From contig CAWHFW010000005.1 in assembly GCA_963828735.1 (NCBI GenBank), forward strand, positions 2,016,001 through 2,080,000: a DNA stretch of 64,000 nt, read 5' to 3'. Source of the DNA: an uncultured Gemmatimonadales bacterium. Lineage in GTDB: Bacteria > Gemmatimonadota > Gemmatimonadetes > Gemmatimonadales > GWC2-71-9. Positions 45,103 through 54,377 of the stretch are shown piece by piece. Each line of letters starts with the position of its first letter. The first letter of the stretch is position 1. Under the pieces are notes generated by a model that worked only from the letters and a program-made list of their open reading frames with translations, made no database searches and was not told the DNA's origin. The position numbers were made by a program, and so were the translations under genes.

Positions 45103-46320
45103 CTACACCCGGGCGATGATCGTCGCCATGCCCTGTCCCACTCCGACACACATGGTGCAGAGCGCGTACCTCTTGCCGGTTTCCTTGAGCTCGTGGGCCG
45201 CGGTGAGCAGCAGCCGGGCGCCGGACATTCCGAGCGGGTGCCCGAGGGCGATGGCGCCGCCGTTGGGATTGACTCGGGGATCCCGGTCGTCGAGGCCGAG
45301 CTGCCGGACACAAGCGAGCACCTGGGCCGCGAAGGCTTCGTTGAGCTCGATGACGTCCATGTCGGGAAGGGTGAGCTTGGTCTTGGCCAGGATCCTGCGC
45401 GTCGCGGGAACCGGCCCGAGTCCCATGGTCCGGGGCTCGACGCCCACGACCGCGCTCGCGACGATGCGCGCCAGCGGCGTGAAGCCGAACTCGCCCACCG
45501 CGTGCTCCGAGGCCAGCAGCAAGGCGCACGCGCCGTCGTTGATCCCCGACGAGTTGCCCGCGGTGACGCTCCCCTTGCCGTCGGTGCGGAACGCGGGTTT
45601 GAGCTTGCTGAGCTTCTCCAGGGTCGAGTCCGGGCGGGGGAACTCGTCCTGCGCGAAGAGGCGGCCTGGCTCGCCCCTGGAAGCACCGGGCACTGCGACA
45701 GGCACGATCTCACTCTGGAATCGACAGCGCTGCTGGCTGGCGGCGGTCTTCTGCTGCGACCACAGGGCGAACTGGTCCTGGTCCGCCCGATTGACCCTGA
45801 GCTCCGTTGCCACGTTCTCCGCGGTCTCCCCCATGGAGTCCACGCCGTAGAGCTCACGCATCTTGGGATTGACGAAGCGCCAGCCGAGGCTGGTATCGAA
45901 CAGCTCCGCATTCCGGGCGAACGCCTGACTCGACTTGGACAGCACGTAGGGCGCCCGGGTCATCTGCTCGACGCCGCCGGCGATATAGAGGTCGCCGTCA
46001 CCCTCGCGCATGGCTCGGCTCGCGTTTGCCACCGCGCTCATGCCGCTGGCGCACAGCCGATTGACGGTCTCGCCGGGCACCGAGACCGGAAGCCCCGCAA
46101 GGAGTAGCGCCATCCGGGCGACGTTGCGGTTGTCCTCCCCCGCCTGGTTGGCGCACCCGAGCATGACATCGCTGATGCGCTCCCGATCCAGACCCGGGTG
46201 ACGATCGAGCAGCTTGGCGATCACGTGCGCCGCCAGATCGTCGGCCCGCATGTGGGCCAGGCTCCCGCCAAAGCTGCCGATCGGCGTACGCACGCCGTCG
46301 ACGAGGTATACGGGCTTCAT
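45103..46320 (-). CDS. paaJ: 3-oxoadipyl-CoA thiolase (PaaJ/PcaF)
   Basis: NQAGEDNRNVAR, NRLCASG, NEAFA, GHPLG, CVGVGQG. Confidence 0.93.
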   Translation of the reverse strand: MKPVYLVDGVRTPIGSFGGSLAHMRADDLAAHVIAKLLDRHPGLDRERISDVMLGCANQAGEDNRNVARMALLLAGLPVSVPGETVNRLCASGMSAVANASRAMREGDGDLYIAGGVEQMTRAPYVLSKSSQAFARNAELFDTSLGWRFVNPKMRELYGVDSMGETAENVATELRVNRADQDQFALWSQQKTAASQQRCRFQSEIVPVAVPGASRGEPGRLFAQDEFPRPDSTLEKLSKLKPAFRTDGKGSVTAGNSSGINDGACALLLASEHAVGEFGFTPLARIVASAVVGVEPRTMGLGPVPATRRILAKTKLTLPDMDVIELNEAFAAQVLACVRQLGLDDRDPRVNPNGGAIALGHPLGMSGARLLLTAAHELKETGKRYALCTMCVGVGQGMATIIARV

Positions 46321-46388
46321 GGGCAGTCACGTAACGTGGTCATCGGAACTGAATTATAGACGGATGAGCGGGAATGAACCACGGAGGG

Positions 46389-46561
46389 AATTCACCACGG
46401 AAGCACGGAGGACACGGAGGTCGGACGGAGTTCTTAGCGACGTACTTCTCATGCTCTGATGTGTACTTGGGGTGCCCCGCCACGCCACACCAAAAACATT
46501 GCTGCAGTGACCTTGCAGTTTCCGTGCGGCCTCCGTGTCCTCCGTGCTTCCGTGGTGAATT
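46389..46561. repeat. MITE/REP-like element with 41-bp terminal inverted repeats
   Basis: 46389-46429 versus the reverse complement of 46521-46561: first 32 nt identical, 2 mismatches overall; arms built from 9-bp-period ACGGA units. Confidence 0.85.
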
Positions 46562-46676
46562 TGTTGTTCCAAGCTGTGCACCGGGGTACCCCCCAACCTC
46601 ATCAGCGAGGTGGTGTTACTACGGTCGCCGTTCCGATGTATTATCCACCCTCGCCAACGCGTCGAGAGGACCATCG

Positions 46677-47462
46677 ATGGCCTATCGGTTCATTCTGTTC
46701 GAGGTCGATCAGGGCGTCGCGCGCATCACCTTGAACCGACCCGACGTCCTCAACAGCATCCACACCGCGATGTCGGCCGAGATCCAGGAAGCCCTGGCGC
46801 ATGCCGCACAGGAGCCCGAGATCCGCGCCGTGCTCCTGACTGGCGCGGGACGCGGCTTCTGCGCAGGCCAGGACCTGGACGAAGTTCGCCCCGGCGCCAC
46901 CGTGAATGACTTCGCGGCCCACGCCCGGAAAGCGTACACGCCGATAGTCCGCACGCTTCGAGCGCTCGAGAAGCCGGTGATCTGCGCCGTCAACGGGGTT
47001 GCCGCCGGAGCCGGGGCGAACCTGGCCCTCGCGTGCGACCTGGTCCTGGCCGCGGAGGATGCTTCCTTCGTGCAGGTGTTCGCGAAGATCGGCCTGGTAC
47101 CGGACACGGGTGGGAGCTTCTTCCTGCCCCGGCTGGTGGGACTGGCGCGGGCGACGGCGCTCGCGATGTTGGCCGAGAAGATTACGGCGGCGCAGGCGGT
47201 GGAGATCGGGCTGATCTACCGGGCGTGCCCGGCCGCCTCCCTCGCCGAAGAGGCATCGAAGCTCGCCCTCCACCTTGCCGCCCAACCGACGGTCGGCCTC
47301 GGCCTCACGAAGCGGCTGCTGAACGCCGCCTGGGGCAACGACCTGGAGACGCAGCTCGAGCTCGAGGCTGAGTGCCAGGGCACCGCCGGACGCAGCGCGG
47401 ACTACGCCGAGGGAGTGGCGGCGTTCCTCGCGAAGCGGAAGCCGATCTTCACCGGACGGTGA
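46677..47462 (+). CDS. paaG: PaaG-like 1,2-epoxyphenylacetyl-CoA isomerase (crotonase family)
   Basis: GFCAGQDL, VNGVAAGAGANLALACD, GLVPDTGG. Confidence 0.9.
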   Translation: MAYRFILFEVDQGVARITLNRPDVLNSIHTAMSAEIQEALAHAAQEPEIRAVLLTGAGRGFCAGQDLDEVRPGATVNDFAAHARKAYTPIVRTLRALEKPVICAVNGVAAGAGANLALACDLVLAAEDASFVQVFAKIGLVPDTGGSFFLPRLVGLARATALAMLAEKITAAQAVEIGLIYRACPAASLAEEASKLALHLAAQPTVGLGLTKRLLNAAWGNDLETQLELEAECQGTAGRSADYAEGVAAFLAKRKPIFTGR

Positions 47463-47465
47463 CGC

Positions 47466-48654
47466 GTGCCAGCCTCGGACTCTGAGACCGCTTGCGTGGG
47501 TGTCCTCGGGGCGGGTCCCATGGGCAGCGGGATCGCCCAGGTCGCCGCCGTAGCGGGACATCCGGTCGTCCTGCAGGACCTCGACGAGGGGGCGATCACC
47601 CGGGCGCGCGCCGGGATCGAGAAGGCGCTCGCTCGGGAGACCGAGAAGGGCCGCTTGACCCGCTCGGCCGCCGAGGCGGCGCGGGGGCGCGTCCGGTACG
47701 TGGTGGGCGGCGATGTGAGCGGGTTTGCATCCTGTCAGCTCGTCATCGAGGCGATCGTCGAGCGGCTGGGGCCCAAGCGCGAGAGCTTCGCCGCGCTCGA
47801 GCGGGTGGTCGCGCCGGACGCGATGCTCGCGACCAACACCTCCGCCCTGTCCATCACCGCCATCGCTGCCGCGTGCCAGCGCCCCGAGCGGGTGGTCGGC
47901 CTGCACTTCTTCAATCCCGCGCCGATGATGCCGCTGGTGGAGGTGGTCCCGCGGGCACGCGACGCCGGGCGCCCTGGTCGATGCCGCCTGCGCTCTGGTG
48001 CAACGCTGGGGCAAGACCACCGTCGTCGCCGCGGATACCCCGGGCTTCATCGTGAACCGGATCGCCCGACCCTTCTACGGCGAGGCGCTCCGGATCCTTG
48101 ATGAAGGCATCGCCGATTGCGCTACCATCGACTGGGCCATGCGGACGCTCGGCGGCTTCAGGATGGGACCCTTCGAGCTCATGGACCTGATCGGCAACGA
48201 CGTGAACTTCGCGGTGACGTTGGCGGTCTACGAGGGGCTCTTTTTCGATCCGCGCTACAAGCCCTCGCTCACGCAGCGACGGCTGGTCGATGCCAATCTG
48301 CTCGGACGGAAGACCGGCCGGGGCTACTACGACTACGGCGACGGTGCGGTCCGACCGGCACCGAGGGAGGATCCGGCCCTCGGGCGATCGATCCTGGAGC
48401 GGATCCTGACGATGCTGATCAACGAGGCGGTCGACGCCGTCTTCTGGGGCGTCGCCACGCCGGCGGACATCGACGTCGCGATGGTGAAGGGAGTCAGCTA
48501 CCCCAGAGGGCTCATCGCGTGGGCCGAGGAGCTCGGGTATCCGTTCGCGCTCGAGCGCCTGGAACACCTGCAGGCGGAGTACGCGGAGGATCGCTACCGG
48601 CCGAGCCCACTGCTCCGGCGCCTTGCCGCATCCGGTGGAACGCTCCGCGGGTGA
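47466..48654 (+). CDS. paaH: 3-hydroxyacyl-CoA dehydrogenase PaaH (frameshift at ~47951)
   Basis: GAGPMGSG, HFFNPAPMMPLVE; continues DTPGFIVNRI, MGPFELMDLIG in the next frame. Confidence 0.9.
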
Positions 48655-49106
48655 GCTCCCTGCCGGCTGACCCCGAGCTGCGCGCGGCGGCCATCGTCCG
48701 CCACATGCTGGAGCATGACGCCTTCAGTCAGTGGTTGGGCGTGGAGATCGTGGAATTGAGGCCGGCTCGGGTGACCCTTCGCATGGCCGTGCGCCAGGAT
48801 ATGACCAACGGATTCGGGGTGTGCCACGGCGGGGTCACGTTCGCCTTCGCCGATAGCGCGCTGGCCTTCGTCAGCAACACCGGCGGAAAGGTGACGGTCA
48901 GTATCGAGAACAGCATGACGTACCCGGCGGCCGTGCGGGTCGGCGACCTGCTGCTGGCCGAGGCGGAGCGGGAGGCGAGCAGCCAGCGGCTGGCGTATTA
49001 CCGAGTGCGAGTCACCAGGGGGGATGGCGCCGTGGTCGCACTCTTCCGCGGCACGGTGTTCCAGACAGACCGGGAGCACGACGTGGGGCGAGATGGGAGT
49101 GAGTGA
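48651..49106 (+). CDS. paaI: PaaI thioesterase
   Basis: DAFSQWLG, NGFGVCHGG, FADSALAF. Confidence 0.9.
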   Translation: MSSLPADPELRAAAIVRHMLEHDAFSQWLGVEIVELRPARVTLRMAVRQDMTNGFGVCHGGVTFAFADSALAFVSNTGGKVTVSIENSMTYPAAVRVGDLLLAEAEREASSQRLAYYRVRVTRGDGAVVALFRGTVFQTDREHDVGRDGSE

Positions 49107-51198
49107 AGCGCGGGCGCCCGGCGCCGCCGGGGTCGACCCCAGGATCGACTGGAAGCGGGTGCTCTACTTGAGCCTCGCCTCGCGGGCGCTGGATGACATC
49201 GAGGAGACCCGTCTCGTCCCCGAACAGAAGGTGCTCTACCAATTCTCTGCTCGCGGGCACGAGATGGCGCAGGTCATCCTGGGCAGCCTGTTGGACCACC
49301 CGCACGATGCCGTGGGCGCCTACTACCGGTCGCGACCGATGCTCCTGACGCTCGGCCTCTCGCTGGAGGACGCGTTCGCGGCCCCCATGGGAAAGTCGGG
49401 CGGCTTCAGCAACGGCCGGGACATCGGAGTGGTGTGCAATCTGCCGAAGGCGGACGGCCCCATCGTGCTCCCGATGTCCGGGGACGTCGGCTCCCAGTAC
49501 ACGCCGGCGGTTGGGTGGGCACAGGGCGTTACCTACCATCGTGACGTACTGGGCGACAGCGGCTACGACGGCTCGATCGCCGTGGTGCTGGGCGGCGAGG
49601 CCTCCGTCGCGACCAATGGCTTCTGGTCGGCGCTGACGATCGCCACGACCCTCACCCTGCCGCTGCTCTTCTATATAGAGGACAACGGCTACGGCATCTC
49701 GGTGCCGTCCAGCTTCCAGACGCCGGGCGGCGACATCGCGGCCAACCTCGCCTCGTTCCGAAATCTTCTCGTGCGGAACGGCGACGGCTCCGAGCCCAGC
49801 GAGGCGGCTCGTCTGCTCCAGGAGACGGTGACCCACGTTCGGGCGGGCAAGGGCCCCGCCTTGCTCCGGCTCGCCGTGCCGCGGTTGAGCGGGCATTCGG
49901 CGCAGGACACCCAGGCGTACAAGAGCCAGGAGCGCCTGGCCCAGGAGCAGGCCAGCGATCCGCTGCCCAAGCTGTATCAGCTCCTTCGGAGCGGGACGCT
50001 GTCGGAGTCGGCCATCGCGGCGGTCGAGGCGCAGGTCAAGGCTGACGTGGACAGGGCCCTCGGAGCCGCGCTGGCGCGGCCTGAGCCCGAGCCGTCCGAT
50101 GTGACCAGGCACGTGTATGCCGCCACCCGGCCCGATGGTACCACGGAGCTTCAACTGGTTGGCGGGCTCGCTCCGGCTGGACACCGATTCCCTCCGGGCA
50201 GCGAGGTAGCGCGACCCGAGCCCACTCGCATCAACCTGCTCACCGCCATCCGGCGGACGCTGGAGCACGAGCTCACGACGAACCCCAAGATGCTGCTCTT
50301 CGGAGAGGACGTGGGCCCCAAGGGTGGCGTGCACGCTGCGACCATGGGGCTGCAGGCGGCCTTCGGGGAGCGACGGGTATTCGACACCAGCCTCTCGGAG
50401 GAGGGCATCATCGGTCGCGCGGTCGGCCTGGCGCTCTCTGGTCTCCTGCCCGTCGCGGAGATCCAGTTCCGCAAGTACGCCGATCCCGCCACCGAGCAGC
50501 TCAACAACTGCGGCACGATGCGCTGGCGGACGCACAACCGCTTCGCCGCCCCCATCGTCGTGCGGATGCCGGGCGGGTACGCGCCGAAATGCGGGGATCC
50601 ATGGCACAGCGTCTGTGGCGAAGTGCTCTGGGTGCACGCCACCGGATGGCAGGTCTGCATCCCGTCGAACGCGGAGGACGCCGTGGGTCTCCTTCGTTCG
50701 GCGCTCCGGGGCAACAACCCGACGATCTTCTTCGAGCACCGGGCGCTGCTCGATGGGGCATCGGCCCGACGGCCGTACCCGGGCGACGACTTCGTGCTTC
50801 CGCTCGGCAAGGCCAAGGTCGTCCTCGACGGCGAACGGCTCACGGTGGTCACGTGGGGCGCCATGGTGGAACGATGCGAGCGCGCCGTGCGCGAGCTCGA
50901 GGAGTCGATCGAAGTGCTCGACCTCCGCACCGTGGCGCCATGGGACCAGACTGCGGTGCTCGCCTCGGTCCGGAAGACCCGGCGCTGCCTGATCGTCCAC
51001 GAAGACACCCTCACGGCCGGATTCGGCGCGGAGGTCGCCGCGGTGGTCGCGGAGCAGGCGTTCCTGAGCCTCGACGCGCCGATCTCCCGCCTCGCGATTC
51101 CGGACGTGCCGACGCCGTACAACCTCGGACTGATGAACGCCGTACTTCCCAGTGTCGAGGGGATCGCGGCCAAAATGCAGGAACTGCTCGAGTTCTGA
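49093..51198 (+). CDS. 2-oxoacid dehydrogenase E1, fused alpha/beta (BCKDH-like)
   Basis: GHE, YYRS, TPP motif GEAS...DNGYGIS, GEDVG, DTSLSEEGIIG, EIQF. Confidence 0.92.
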   Translation: MGVSEARAPGAAGVDPRIDWKRVLYLSLASRALDDIEETRLVPEQKVLYQFSARGHEMAQVILGSLLDHPHDAVGAYYRSRPMLLTLGLSLEDAFAAPMGKSGGFSNGRDIGVVCNLPKADGPIVLPMSGDVGSQYTPAVGWAQGVTYHRDVLGDSGYDGSIAVVLGGEASVATNGFWSALTIATTLTLPLLFYIEDNGYGISVPSSFQTPGGDIAANLASFRNLLVRNGDGSEPSEAARLLQETVTHVRAGKGPALLRLAVPRLSGHSAQDTQAYKSQERLAQEQASDPLPKLYQLLRSGTLSESAIAAVEAQVKADVDRALGAALARPEPEPSDVTRHVYAATRPDGTTELQLVGGLAPAGHRFPPGSEVARPEPTRINLLTAIRRTLEHELTTNPKMLLFGEDVGPKGGVHAATMGLQAAFGERRVFDTSLSEEGIIGRAVGLALSGLLPVAEIQFRKYADPATEQLNNCGTMRWRTHNRFAAPIVVRMPGGYAPKCGDPWHSVCGEVLWVHATGWQVCIPSNAEDAVGLLRSALRGNNPTIFFEHRALLDGASARRPYPGDDFVLPLGKAKVVLDGERLTVVTWGAMVERCERAVRELEESIEVLDLRTVAPWDQTAVLASVRKTRRCLIVHEDTLTAGFGAEVAAVVAEQAFLSLDAPISRLAIPDVPTPYNLGLMNAVLPSVEGIAAKMQELLEF

Positions 51199-51212
51199 TC
51201 GAGGAATCCGGA

Positions 51213-52397
51213 ATGGCAGAGCTGATTCCGATCGCGGCGCCGGCCGACCAGGCCGAGGGGACCGAGATGGTCGTGGGGACGTGGCTCAAGAACGTGGGCG
51301 AGTCCGTCACCCAGAACGAGCCGGTGCTCGAGATCACTACCGACAAGGTGACGGTGGAGATCGCCGCACCCGCCACCGGCATCCTCCGTGAGATCCTCAA
51401 GTCGGCGGATCAGTCGATCCAGGCCGGTGAGGTGCTGGGCCGCATCGAGGTGGGTGGGGCTGCGGCTGCTGGGCCCACTCCGGCGCGCGAGCCCACCTCG
51501 AGGGCCGAGCCCACCCCGACCGGCGGGCCCGCGTCCACGAGCGCTGAGCTGACCCCGGCCGTCCGCCGGCTGCTCGCCCAGCATGGTCTCGAGGCGTCGA
51601 CCATCAGCGGCACGGGCCGAGGCGGGCGGATCACGGTGCAGGACGTCGAGGCGCACATCGCCTCGCGCCCGACGACACCTGCCAACGCCGAGCCGGGCGC
51701 CTATCCCAGCCGCAAGGTGCCCCACACCGGGATGCGCCGCAGCATCGCCCAGCACATGGTGCAGAGCGTCGCGGTGGCGCCGCACGTCACCACGGTCTTC
51801 GAAGCCGATCTCTCCGCGATCGTCTCTCACCGTGAGGCCCACCGCGCTGCCTTCGAGGCGGACGGGGTCAAGCTCACCTATACCGCCTATTTCATCCGCG
51901 CGAGCGTCGCCGCGCTGCAGGCCGTGCCGGAGGTGAACAGCCGGTGGCATGACGACGCGCTGGAGCTGTTCGGCGACTGCAACATCGGCGTCGCCACCGC
52001 GCTCCCGCAGGGTGGCCTCATCCTGCCCGTCATCCACCGCGCCCAGACGCTCGACCTGCGGGCCACCGCGGAGCGTCTGCATGACCTGACCCAGCGCGCC
52101 CGAAGCGGCACCCTCGCGCCGAGCGACGTGCAGCACGGCACCTTCTCGATCTCCAATCACGGCGTGAGCGGCAGCCTCCTCGCGGCGCCGATCGTCATTC
52201 CGCAGCCGCAGTCGGCGATTCTCGGCGTCGGCAAGCTGGAGCGGCGGCCGGTGGCGCGGGAGCAGGGCGGGAAGGATGTGGTGGAGGTGCGGCCGATGTG
52301 CTACGTGACGCTCACCATCGACCATCGCGTGCTCGACGGCTATCAGGCGAACGCGTTCCTGGCCCGCTGGGTGGAGGAGATCGAGGGTTGGCGTTGA
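51213..52397 (+). CDS. 2-oxoacid dehydrogenase E2 dihydrolipoamide acyltransferase
   Basis: Lipoyl TDKV; GTGRGGRIT; DHRVLDG. Confidence 0.93.
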   Translation: MAELIPIAAPADQAEGTEMVVGTWLKNVGESVTQNEPVLEITTDKVTVEIAAPATGILREILKSADQSIQAGEVLGRIEVGGAAAAGPTPAREPTSRAEPTPTGGPASTSAELTPAVRRLLAQHGLEASTISGTGRGGRITVQDVEAHIASRPTTPANAEPGAYPSRKVPHTGMRRSIAQHMVQSVAVAPHVTTVFEADLSAIVSHREAHRAAFEADGVKLTYTAYFIRASVAALQAVPEVNSRWHDDALELFGDCNIGVATALPQGGLILPVIHRAQTLDLRATAERLHDLTQRARSGTLAPSDVQHGTFSISNHGVSGSLLAAPIVIPQPQSAILGVGKLERRPVAREQGGKDVVEVRPMCYVTLTIDHRVLDGYQANAFLARWVEEIEGWR

Positions 52398-52656
52398 TGT
52401 AGCTGCATGGTTTACCTGGCGTCGGCCGGGCTGTTTCCCTTTTGGAGCAGCCCCTGGTTCGTTGCTGCAGCTCGACCGCTGCTGCGGTCACCCACCGATT
52501 CAGGTTGGGCTTGCCGGAAAGTGATGGGTTGCCCCTTTCTCTGATCCGCGCCCCGCAGGATTCCCCCCATGATGCCGATCCGACCACCAGGATGGGAGCT
52601 TGGCGGCAGCGGCCGCTGGTCCCCACAAGAGACTGACCCACAGCGAGTTGCCCCTC

Positions 52657-52698
52657 GTGATTCCCAGGTGATTCGGGCGTGACCGCCGGCCGTATACT
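52657..52698 (+). promoter_or_regulatory. Three 11-bp-period GTGA repeats plus TATACT -10 box
   Basis: GTGATTCCCAG-GTGATTCGGGC-GTGACCGCCGGCCG-TATACT upstream of 52762. Confidence 0.65.
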
Positions 52699-52761
52699 GA
52701 CCGCGTCAATGAAGCCGGCACCCGAACTCACGCACCGGGATTACCCTCCCGAGGAGAAACA

Positions 52762-53784
52762 ATGCTGTTCCCCAACTGGCAGTACCCAATGGTCCGGTCG
52801 TTCCGCTCCATGCTTCCTCGGCTGCTCGTCCTCGCAGGCGCCGCGGCGTTGGCGGGGTGCGACAGCACCGAGAGCCCGCTCGATCCGGCGAGCGAGACCG
52901 CCCCGATCGAGGCGCCCGCCGATGCCGTGGCACCCGCCGATGGCCTGGCGGCGCTCACCACGTCACGAATCGCCTTCACCTCGTACTCTGGGATGCTTGG
53001 CGACATCTACCTGATGGACGCGCAAGGGAACAACCGCACCCGCCTCACGACCTGGGCCAGTACCGAGTTCGCTCCGAGCTGGTCCTACGACCGCAAGCGG
53101 GTCGCGATGGTGCGATTCCGGACGGACGCGACCAACGCTCAGCACTACGACATCTACGTGATGAATGCGGACGGGACCAACAAGCACTGGGCGAAGTCCT
53201 ATACCTCCGCGTTCCACATCATGGATCCATCCTGGTCGCCCGACGGATCGCGTCTGGTGGTGACCGTCGTCCTGCAAAACCTCCCCTACGTGGCCACCCT
53301 GAACCTGGCCACCGGCCAGCTCGCGCTCGTCTGGGCCACGGGCGGCAGCTACATGCAAGGTGAGGATCCTTCGTACGACCCGACGGGCCAGAAGATCATC
53401 TACGTGGGCCCCTCACACAACACCGTGGATCTCGTCGTTCCGGGTGGGCCGCACACTGTCCCCGTGTCGGGGGACATGCGGGTGGGCGATCCCACCTTCT
53501 CACCGGATGGGAAGAGGATCGCCTACAGCCGGATCGCGACCGGCACCTTCAACAACTACGAGGTCTACGTGAAGACCCCCGCCACGGGGGTGGTCACGCG
53601 GCTCACCAATAACGGTCACCATGATGGCGAGCCGAGCTGGTCGCCGGACGGAACCCGGATCGCGTTCTCGAGCGATCGGTCGGGCAGGCCGCAGATCTGG
53701 ACCATGAACAGCAGCACGGGTGGGAGCCTCGTCCGGATCACGAACAGCTCGAGGGACGAAGTGGAGCCGGCGTGGTACCATTAG
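52762..53784 (+). CDS. TolB-like beta-propeller (PD40) lipoprotein
   Basis: GAGGAG RBS; lipobox LAGC; repeated PSWSPDG. Confidence 0.88.
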   Translation: MLFPNWQYPMVRSFRSMLPRLLVLAGAAALAGCDSTESPLDPASETAPIEAPADAVAPADGLAALTTSRIAFTSYSGMLGDIYLMDAQGNNRTRLTTWASTEFAPSWSYDRKRVAMVRFRTDATNAQHYDIYVMNADGTNKHWAKSYTSAFHIMDPSWSPDGSRLVVTVVLQNLPYVATLNLATGQLALVWATGGSYMQGEDPSYDPTGQKIIYVGPSHNTVDLVVPGGPHTVPVSGDMRVGDPTFSPDGKRIAYSRIATGTFNNYEVYVKTPATGVVTRLTNNGHHDGEPSWSPDGTRIAFSSDRSGRPQIWTMNSSTGGSLVRITNSSRDEVEPAWYH

Positions 53785-53809
53785 GCCGGCGGGTGGCGGC
53801 GCTCGACGA

Positions 53810-53842
53810 GTCATCCTGAACCCTCGCTTCGCCCAGGGTGAC
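53810..53842. repeat. GTCATCCTGA-type REP-like palindrome
   Basis: GTCATCCTG...CAGGGTGAC inverted repeat with an internal CTTCGC. Confidence 0.5.
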
Positions 53843-53921
53843 TCGCTCGGGGCGTCGCAGGCTCGGGGTACGATCGTGAACGTCGGTGCGCCGGGCGGTC
53901 GGCCATCGCGCTGAGCCTGAG

Positions 53922-53956
53922 GCTTGACTGCCGCCAGTCGGGTTCTTCTTATGTTC
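53922..53956 (+). promoter_or_regulatory. Orphan copy of the dinB upstream element with GTTC-N7-GTTC (candidate LexA box)
   Basis: 30/35 identical to 60141-60175; exact GTTC-TTCTTAT-GTTC. Confidence 0.65.
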
Positions 53957-53971
53957 TCTTGTAGAATCTTT

Positions 53972-54128
53972 CGCGCCGTGGCGCGATGGGACCAGGCTGC
54001 GGTGCTCGCCTCGGTCCGGAAGACCCGGCGCTGCCTGATCGTCCACGAAGACACGCTCTTCGAAGTGGCTGGCGTTGATATGGATGCATGGCTTACCTGC
54101 CGTCGGCCCGGGCTGCTTCCCTCCGGAG
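53972..54128 (+). repeat. Chimeric duplicate of 50926-51012 and 52381-52447
   Basis: 83/87 match to the E1 3' region, fused to a more diverged copy of the E2 stop and downstream region. Confidence 0.9.
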
Positions 54129-54290
54129 TTGCTCCGCTGGATTTTCGAGGTTGACCCGCTCGCCCGTCCCCGGTGCCGGGGCCCGATGCGGATGGTGGCG
54201 GTGATTACGGATTCCGGGGTGATCAGCCGGATCCTCGCCCAGCGGGCCTGGGTCCGGGATGGCGCCCCCCGATCCCGGAGTCCCCCGCCG
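54129..54290 (+). mobile_element. IS91-like transposase C-terminal remnant
   Basis: [38 protein letters not shown]...RSPP resembles the DPLxCPxCxxxM...IL...R(A/S)PP tail. Confidence 0.6.
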
Positions 54291-54377
54291 CGCCAGTGTC
54301 GGATGTCGATTTCGCAAAGCGTGGTTCGACGTATAGGTAGGGGCCAGCCAGTCACTCCAGCACCTGGACGCACGCTC

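Noticed and set aside
46389..46561. CRISPR array (also considered for the 56.9-61.5 kb repeats)
   Set aside because: The repeats are inverted or dispersed, with no regular repeat-spacer units and no cas genes.
52398..52656. Riboswitch or ncRNA in the long intergenic region after E2
   Set aside because: No recognisable conserved motif by eye. An Rfam/Infernal scan would be needed.
54075..54377. 101-aa N-terminal extension of the ADOP ORF as a real transposase-permease fusion
   Set aside because: It is an in-frame run through duplicated intergenic DNA and a decayed IS tail. The family-typical start is MLISDLRY at 54378.
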